Of a stretch of 32,000 bases of DNA, positions 27,606 through 32,000 are shown in pieces. Where the stretch lies: assembly GCF_001997385.1 (NCBI RefSeq), contig NZ_CP019633.1:720001-752000 (forward strand). The letters run 5' to 3'. Both the position numbers and the translations under genes were made by a program. Every line of letters starts with the position of its first letter. Within the stretch, counting starts at the first letter, position 1. The notes beneath the pieces were generated by a model. It made no database searches. It saw nothing but the letters and a program-made list of their open reading frames with translations, and was not told the origin of the DNA. The stretch is from Sedimentisphaera cyanobacteriorum (lineage in GTDB: Bacteria > Planctomycetota > Phycisphaerae > Sedimentisphaerales > Sedimentisphaeraceae).

Positions 27606-29015
27606 ATGGATAACTTTATAACAGATAATTTCCTCCTGAAAAGCGGGTCAGCCCAAAGGCTTTACCACGAATTTGCAAAGGATATGCCGATATTTGATTA
27701 TCACTGTCATCTGCCCCCTAAACAGGTGGCAGAGGATGCTATGTTTGAAAATATCACTCAGGCGTGGCTCGCGGGCGACCACTACAAATGGCGTGCTATG
27801 CGTACTAACGGAGTGGATGAAAAATTTGCAACCGGCAGCGCTTCAGACCGCGAAAAATTCCGCAAATGGGCTGAAACTATCCCCTATGCCCTGAAAAGTC
27901 CGCTCCACCATTGGACTCATCTGGAGCTGAAGCGTTATTTTGGTATAGATGAGCTTCTCAGTCCCGCCTCCGCAGACAGGATATACGATAAAGCAAGCGA
28001 AATGCTTAGATCAAGTCAGTACAGCACCCGAAATCTGATGCGAATGATGAGTGTGAAGGCAGTTTGCACCACAGACGACCCCGTTGACAGCCTCGAATAT
28101 CACAAAAAGATTGCTGAAGACGGATTTGAAATCAAAGTTCTCCCAACGTGGCGGCCGGACAAAGCCATGGCTGCGGAGGATACTGATAAGCTCAATCAGT
28201 GGATTGAGAAGCTCAGCGAGGCAGCAGATATAGAGATTAGTGATTTTCACGCCTATCTGGAAGCCCTCAAAAAACGCCACAGCTTTTTCCACCAAAACGG
28301 CTGCCGCATATCAGACCACGGCCTTGAAACTGTTTTTGCTGAGGATTACACCGAATCGGAAATCAAAGCGATTTTTGAAAAAATTCGCTCAAACAAAGAA
28401 CTTGACCGCGATGAAGTGAACAAATTCAAATCTGCAATGCTGACTGAGCTTGCTGCTATGAATCACTCCCGAGGCTGGGCGCAGCAGCTTCATCTCGGTG
28501 CAATAAGAAACAACAATTCGAAGATGTTTAAGTCTCTAGGCCCGGATACGGGATTTGATTCGATTCTCGATGCCGAACTTGCTAGGCCCTTATCTAAATT
28601 TTTAGACAGATTAAACACCAATGACAGCCTCGCAAAAACCATTATCTACAACCTGAACCCCAGAGATAATGAGCTTATAGGCTCTATGATAGGCAATTTT
28701 CAGGATGGAAGCATCCCGGGCAAGATGCAGTTCGGCACGGCCTGGTGGTTTTTGGACAACAAATCAGGCATGGAAAGGCAAATTGAAGCTCTCTCCAGCC
28801 TCGGATTGCTGAGCAGATTCATTGGTATGCTCACTGATTCCCGAAGCTTCCTTTCCTATCCGCGGCACGAGTATTTCAGGAGGATTCTCTGCAATATTCT
28901 CGGCAATGATATCGAAAACGGAATTGTCCCGAATCACCTGAATTCTCTGGGCAGAATGGTTCAGGATATATGCTTTAACAACGCAGAAAATTACTTTCAG
29001 ATAGACCTTGATTGA
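27606..29015 (+). CDS. uxaC: Glucuronate isomerase (uronate isomerase)
   Basis: 469 aa with the motifs FITDNFLL, MPIFDYHCHL, GDHYKWRAMR, WTHLELKRYFGI, YNLNPRDNE, FGTAWWFLD and LTDSRSFLSY. Confidence 0.95.
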   Translation: MDNFITDNFLLKSGSAQRLYHEFAKDMPIFDYHCHLPPKQVAEDAMFENITQAWLAGDHYKWRAMRTNGVDEKFATGSASDREKFRKWAETIPYALKSPLHHWTHLELKRYFGIDELLSPASADRIYDKASEMLRSSQYSTRNLMRMMSVKAVCTTDDPVDSLEYHKKIAEDGFEIKVLPTWRPDKAMAAEDTDKLNQWIEKLSEAADIEISDFHAYLEALKKRHSFFHQNGCRISDHGLETVFAEDYTESEIKAIFEKIRSNKELDRDEVNKFKSAMLTELAAMNHSRGWAQQLHLGAIRNNNSKMFKSLGPDTGFDSILDAELARPLSKFLDRLNTNDSLAKTIIYNLNPRDNELIGSMIGNFQDGSIPGKMQFGTAWWFLDNKSGMERQIEALSSLGLLSRFIGMLTDSRSFLSYPRHEYFRRILCNILGNDIENGIVPNHLNSLGRMVQDICFNNAENYFQIDLD

Positions 29016-29049
29016 ACAAATAAAACCTTTTTCATTAATACCTTAAATT

Positions 29050-29077
29050 AGGCGAAGTTTATACTTCGCCTTTTTTC
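29050..29077 (+). terminator. Rho-independent terminator of the uxaC operon
   Basis: Stem AGGCGAAGT (29050..29058), loop TTAT, stem ACTTCGCCT (29063..29071), with a T-run at 29071..29076. Confidence 0.85.
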
Positions 29078-29131
29078 GTAAAAATTCAGGACAGATATAT
29101 ATTAACTCTGAGAAGAAAGATGAATTTTGAA

Positions 29132-29140
29132 GAATGATTT
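29132..29140. repeat. Left copy of the 9-bp target-site duplication GAATGATTT
   Basis: It is identical to 30650..30658 and directly abuts the left inverted repeat of the IS. Confidence 0.8.
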
Positions 29141-30649
29141 CACAGCCATCCCATAAGTCCATAAATTTATCGTTGAGGGCTTGTTTATTGTATTAAAACG
29201 CCCTTTTCTTGAAGGATTTGAATTACCCCAGTTTGCATTTTTTTTGCTTTTGTTCAATTGGCAGTTTTTTGCTCAATACTGCCCGCTCTCTTTTCACCTC
29301 TTTATTTTCGTAAAATCTTGCTACATATTAAAACCCGGCAAATAAGCCTGCTGAGGGCTGCCAACCATACGCGGTGAACCACGTGCTGTCCCACAGGCAG
29401 CCATAACGCTAAAAACATCCAGCCGGCTGAATAATAACCCCTCAGTAAAGTAAACAATCGGCTGAATGCTCCTTTCCACTGACCGAGGAAACCTATATAC
29501 CTTATTAAAATATAAGCCAGCATAGCCGTCCATACTTGCCATAGAATTGCTTTTTGGCTATGCCCTAGGAAATCGCTTAGCTGCAAAGTCTGTTTTATCT
29601 GCTTGAAAAACACCTCTATACCCCAGCGGCACTTATATAGGTCGCAAATACTGCTCGGCGCCCACTGCATATTGTTCGTGATAAATTTCATAAGCTTTTT
29701 CTCGCCGTTAATTTCCACATAAGCCTTAACTAAACGGAGCTTCTTCGGGTATGCCTCGCGGCTTTTCGGCATTTCAAGTTCAATTAAAGCATCGTATTGG
29801 ATATTACCTTTTGGTTCTGTATTCTGTTTAACAAAACGATATTTCATATTATCTTTGGCTCTGGTAACCCAGAATAATTCTCGCCTGTCAAGATCTGCTA
29901 GATGCTTAAAATCCACGTAAGCCTTGTCAAAAACCGCTATTTCGCCGCTTTTAAGGTCCTGACAGAGCTGATAAGCTTCTGTCGAATCATGGGTTGAGGC
30001 TTCTTTTACAATAGCAAATTGAGGCAGGAACGTCTGGAGATTCAGCTGCATATGGCACTTTGCAGCCGCTTTTCGTCTGCGATGTTTAGCCCAGTCAATA
30101 CAGTTGGCTACAAGCTGGATCGTGGTTGAGTCAACCGCATATATTGCTCTCTTAAAACGCCTCGGAAGGCCGGAATACTTATGGCCTCTCCCAAAATCAA
30201 GATGTTTGTTCTGGATATGGGACAGCACCTCCCAGAAGAGAGTCTCTGCCATAAGAGGATCTCGAACCCTGTTTGCATGAGAAAGCCCATTCCTGCTTGG
30301 AGGGGTTGCACGGCGGATAGGAGTCAAAGCTCCAGAATGATTACGCAATGTGTCGGAAACGTCGTTGAGCGAGAGACTGTGAGCAATCTGGACATGAAGC
30401 ATAGATACAATGTGCGACCAGCAAGAAAATGTTCGTGATTGCTTGTCAATACCGAAAGACCGAGACAATTTTGAAACAAGATGTGCAGGAATATGTTGGC
30501 ATATTTGCTTAAGAATGCTATATTGATGTTTGGCGGGTGTCATGGGTTACTCCTAATTTGTTTAATTAGACTGAAAGAATTAGTGTAACTCATACCCCGC
30601 TGATTTTAAAGAAACATCTTGTATTTTGCTCTTCTATGGAATGGCTGTG
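29141..30649 (-). mobile_element. IS4-family insertion sequence (1509 bp)
   Basis: The terminal inverted repeats are CACAGCCATCCCATA (29141..29155) and the reverse complement of 30635..30649, CACAGCCATTCCATA, matching at 14 of 15 positions. They are flanked by direct 9-bp repeats of GAATGATTT. The element encodes a single DDE transposase. Confidence 0.85.
29302..30543 (-). CDS. IS4-family DDE transposase (C-terminal tail probably frameshifted)
   Basis: 413 aa as called. The N-terminus is typical of IS4-group transposases (ILKQICQHIPAHLVSKLSRSFGIDKQSRTFSCWSHIVSMLHVQ), and the DDE region includes AVDSTTIQL, VFDKAYVDF and YKCRWGIEVFFKQIKQ. The last ~45 aa (YYSAGWMFLALWLPVG...) look out of frame. 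The overlapping frame (ORF 29321..29542) reads LLFSRLDVFSVMAACGTARGSPRMVGSPQQAYLPGFNM. Confidence 0.85.
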   Translation of the reverse strand: MTPAKHQYSILKQICQHIPAHLVSKLSRSFGIDKQSRTFSCWSHIVSMLHVQIAHSLSLNDVSDTLRNHSGALTPIRRATPPSRNGLSHANRVRDPLMAETLFWEVLSHIQNKHLDFGRGHKYSGLPRRFKRAIYAVDSTTIQLVANCIDWAKHRRRKAAAKCHMQLNLQTFLPQFAIVKEASTHDSTEAYQLCQDLKSGEIAVFDKAYVDFKHLADLDRRELFWVTRAKDNMKYRFVKQNTEPKGNIQYDALIELEMPKSREAYPKKLRLVKAYVEINGEKKLMKFITNNMQWAPSSICDLYKCRWGIEVFFKQIKQTLQLSDFLGHSQKAILWQVWTAMLAYILIRYIGFLGQWKGAFSRLFTLLRGYYSAGWMFLALWLPVGQHVVHRVWLAALSRLICRVLICSKILRK

Positions 30650-30658
30650 GAATGATTT
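30650..30658. repeat. Right copy of the 9-bp target-site duplication GAATGATTT
   Basis: It is identical to 29132..29140 and directly abuts the right inverted repeat of the IS. Confidence 0.8.
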
Positions 30659-30672
30659 ATGAAAGGTGAATA

Positions 30673-31866
30673 ATGATTAGGTATATTTTAGCATTTTCAG
30701 CAGCAGTGCTTTTTCTTGCGCCGAAAGCTAAGCCTCAGGACCTTGGTGCGAATTTCAATGAGAATCTGGGCAGGCCTCTGGAATTTACAGAGCAGATTGA
30801 AAATGAAAATATCAGATATGTCCGTGCTTTCATAGATTTTATGGACTATTTTCTTATCCTTGATGAAGAAAGGAAGATAAGCGGAGTTGATTTAGATGCA
30901 ATCCGAAACCACAACCCTTCTGAGAGGTTTGCTGCGGTAAAGGATAAGTCCGAAGGCAGGCTTGAGCTGATCTCGAGCTTTAAGATTCGCTTTGACATTT
31001 GCAAAGGTGATGTCCCGTTGCTTCATTCAGAGCAGCTGGAGTATGTGTTCACTGCTGCGGAGGAATTCCTCAAATCCTATAATCTTGGAGAAAAAATCAG
31101 CATATTGGTAATGGGTAATGAGCCTATGTTTGCATCGGGCAGGGATTCAAAGGACTATGCTCGCTTTATCAGCGAACTGGCAGACAGAATAGCAGGCTGG
31201 AAAAAGAAATACGGCTGGGATTTTCTCGTTTTTGCCGGCTCGCTCAATAAAGTATCCTTCAGCAAACACCCGACAATCCCTGAAGTGATCAAGGTGGCAA
31301 AGAGGAACAAAAACATAGACGGACTTGATATTCATATACATGCCAGAAAAAGAAAGCATCTGAGGGAAGATTTCAGGTTTATACGAAAAAAAATAGGATT
31401 TAGAAAAAAGCTTATATGCACTGAATTTTCGGTTGTTTGGGTTTTTCAGGGACATTTAGGCGAGCCGCTCGGTGAGTGGGGCGAGAAAAACGGCTTCAAT
31501 CCGGAAATGAAGCTTTGCGAATGGCTTACACTGCTTTCACGCAGGGCGGAAAACGGAAACCCTATATCTGCGGAGCTGTTCGAAGAGTATTTCGAAAGCC
31601 GGAGCTGGTATCCCGCTAACTGGTACAAGACCTTCTATGATGCCTGCAAAGATTATGATGTTTATGCAGCCTCAGGCCGGACATTCTGTGATATGGGGGT
31701 ACGCAAATACAGAGAGGACAGCAAGATGTGGTGCCTGGGATCGGTATTCAGCGGCAAATTTATGGGGAAAAATGAAGACGGCAACCAGAACCCGAGCCCT
31801 CTATTGTACCCGGAATTCAAGGCAGCAACCGAGCATTCCTTAAATGAAAGACTTAAACATAAATAG
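30673..31866 (+). CDS. Secreted hypothetical protein with clan GH-A (TIM-barrel glycoside hydrolase)-like catalytic motifs
   Basis: 397 aa with a signal peptide (ILAFSAAVLFLAPKA). LVMGNEP (Glu150 at 31120..31122) resembles the acid/base motif, and LICTEFS (Glu251) resembles the nucleophile motif about 100 residues later, with DIHIH between them. I do not recognise a specific family. The RBS is AAAGGTGA. Confidence 0.45.
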   Translation: MIRYILAFSAAVLFLAPKAKPQDLGANFNENLGRPLEFTEQIENENIRYVRAFIDFMDYFLILDEERKISGVDLDAIRNHNPSERFAAVKDKSEGRLELISSFKIRFDICKGDVPLLHSEQLEYVFTAAEEFLKSYNLGEKISILVMGNEPMFASGRDSKDYARFISELADRIAGWKKKYGWDFLVFAGSLNKVSFSKHPTIPEVIKVAKRNKNIDGLDIHIHARKRKHLREDFRFIRKKIGFRKKLICTEFSVVWVFQGHLGEPLGEWGEKNGFNPEMKLCEWLTLLSRRAENGNPISAELFEEYFESRSWYPANWYKTFYDACKDYDVYAASGRTFCDMGVRKYREDSKMWCLGSVFSGKFMGKNEDGNQNPSPLLYPEFKAATEHSLNERLKHK

Positions 31867-32000
31867 CAGTGTTTCTTTTCGATTAAGCTTTTTTTTATCC
31901 GTTCTGCGGTTTTTAACTGTCAGTTTATTTACTTTTTTGGCGATTTAGCGGTATTAATTCTTGTTATTAAGCCGCAGAATGATAAAATGCTCACCTAATA

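Noticed and set aside
31902-31979. The inverted 8-mers TTCTGCGG (31902..31909) and CCGCAGAA (31972..31979) near the right edge of the window
   Set aside because: The repeats are short, lie about 60 nt apart, and have no associated ORF or flanking direct repeats. This could be chance, and the window ends before any context is visible.

Overview
The window is a 32 kb chromosomal segment at roughly 50% GC by eye. It most likely comes from a polysaccharide-degrading anaerobe of the PVC type (Phycisphaerae, Kiritimatiellia or Lentisphaerae). That placement is a low-confidence inference from secreted CAZymes fused to LamG modules and a dockerin-like tail. All family calls come from reading motifs in the translations; no database search was possible.

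Layout:
(1) 1-7 kb holds housekeeping genes: pgk (5' part, missed by the ORF track), a secreted esterase, a GmhB-like HAD phosphatase, an MFS transporter, a fused shikimate kinase-chorismate synthase, and enolase.
(2) 7-10.4 kb holds a GH43 gene, LarB (nickel-pincer cofactor biosynthesis) translationally coupled to an NAD(P)HX dehydratase, and a SAM methyltransferase.
(3) 10.6-18.5 kb is a CAZyme island. It contains a 980-aa alginate-lyase-fold/FN3/LamG/dockerin-like protein, a tandem GH43, and a GH127-LamG protein.
(4) 18.6-29.0 kb is a hexuronate locus. A ROK regulator and a TRAP transporter (dctPQM, with dctQ frameshifted) are transcribed divergently from an operon encoding a UxuB-type SDR, a LarA-family protein, a KdgK-like PfkB kinase, 6-phosphogluconate dehydrogenase and glucuronate isomerase.
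(5) 29.1-30.7 kb is an IS4-family insertion sequence with 15-bp terminal inverted repeats and a 9-bp target-site duplication. It sits 23 bp upstream of a secreted clan GH-A-like hydrolase gene.

The most interesting signal is the hexuronate operon. It lacks mannonate dehydratase and KDPG aldolase, and instead combines a LarA-like (nickel-pincer dependent) 2-hydroxyacid epimerase candidate with gnd. This suggests a route glucuronate -> fructuronate -> mannonate -> gluconate -> 6-phosphogluconate -> ribulose-5-P. No CRISPR arrays, tRNA or rRNA genes were seen.
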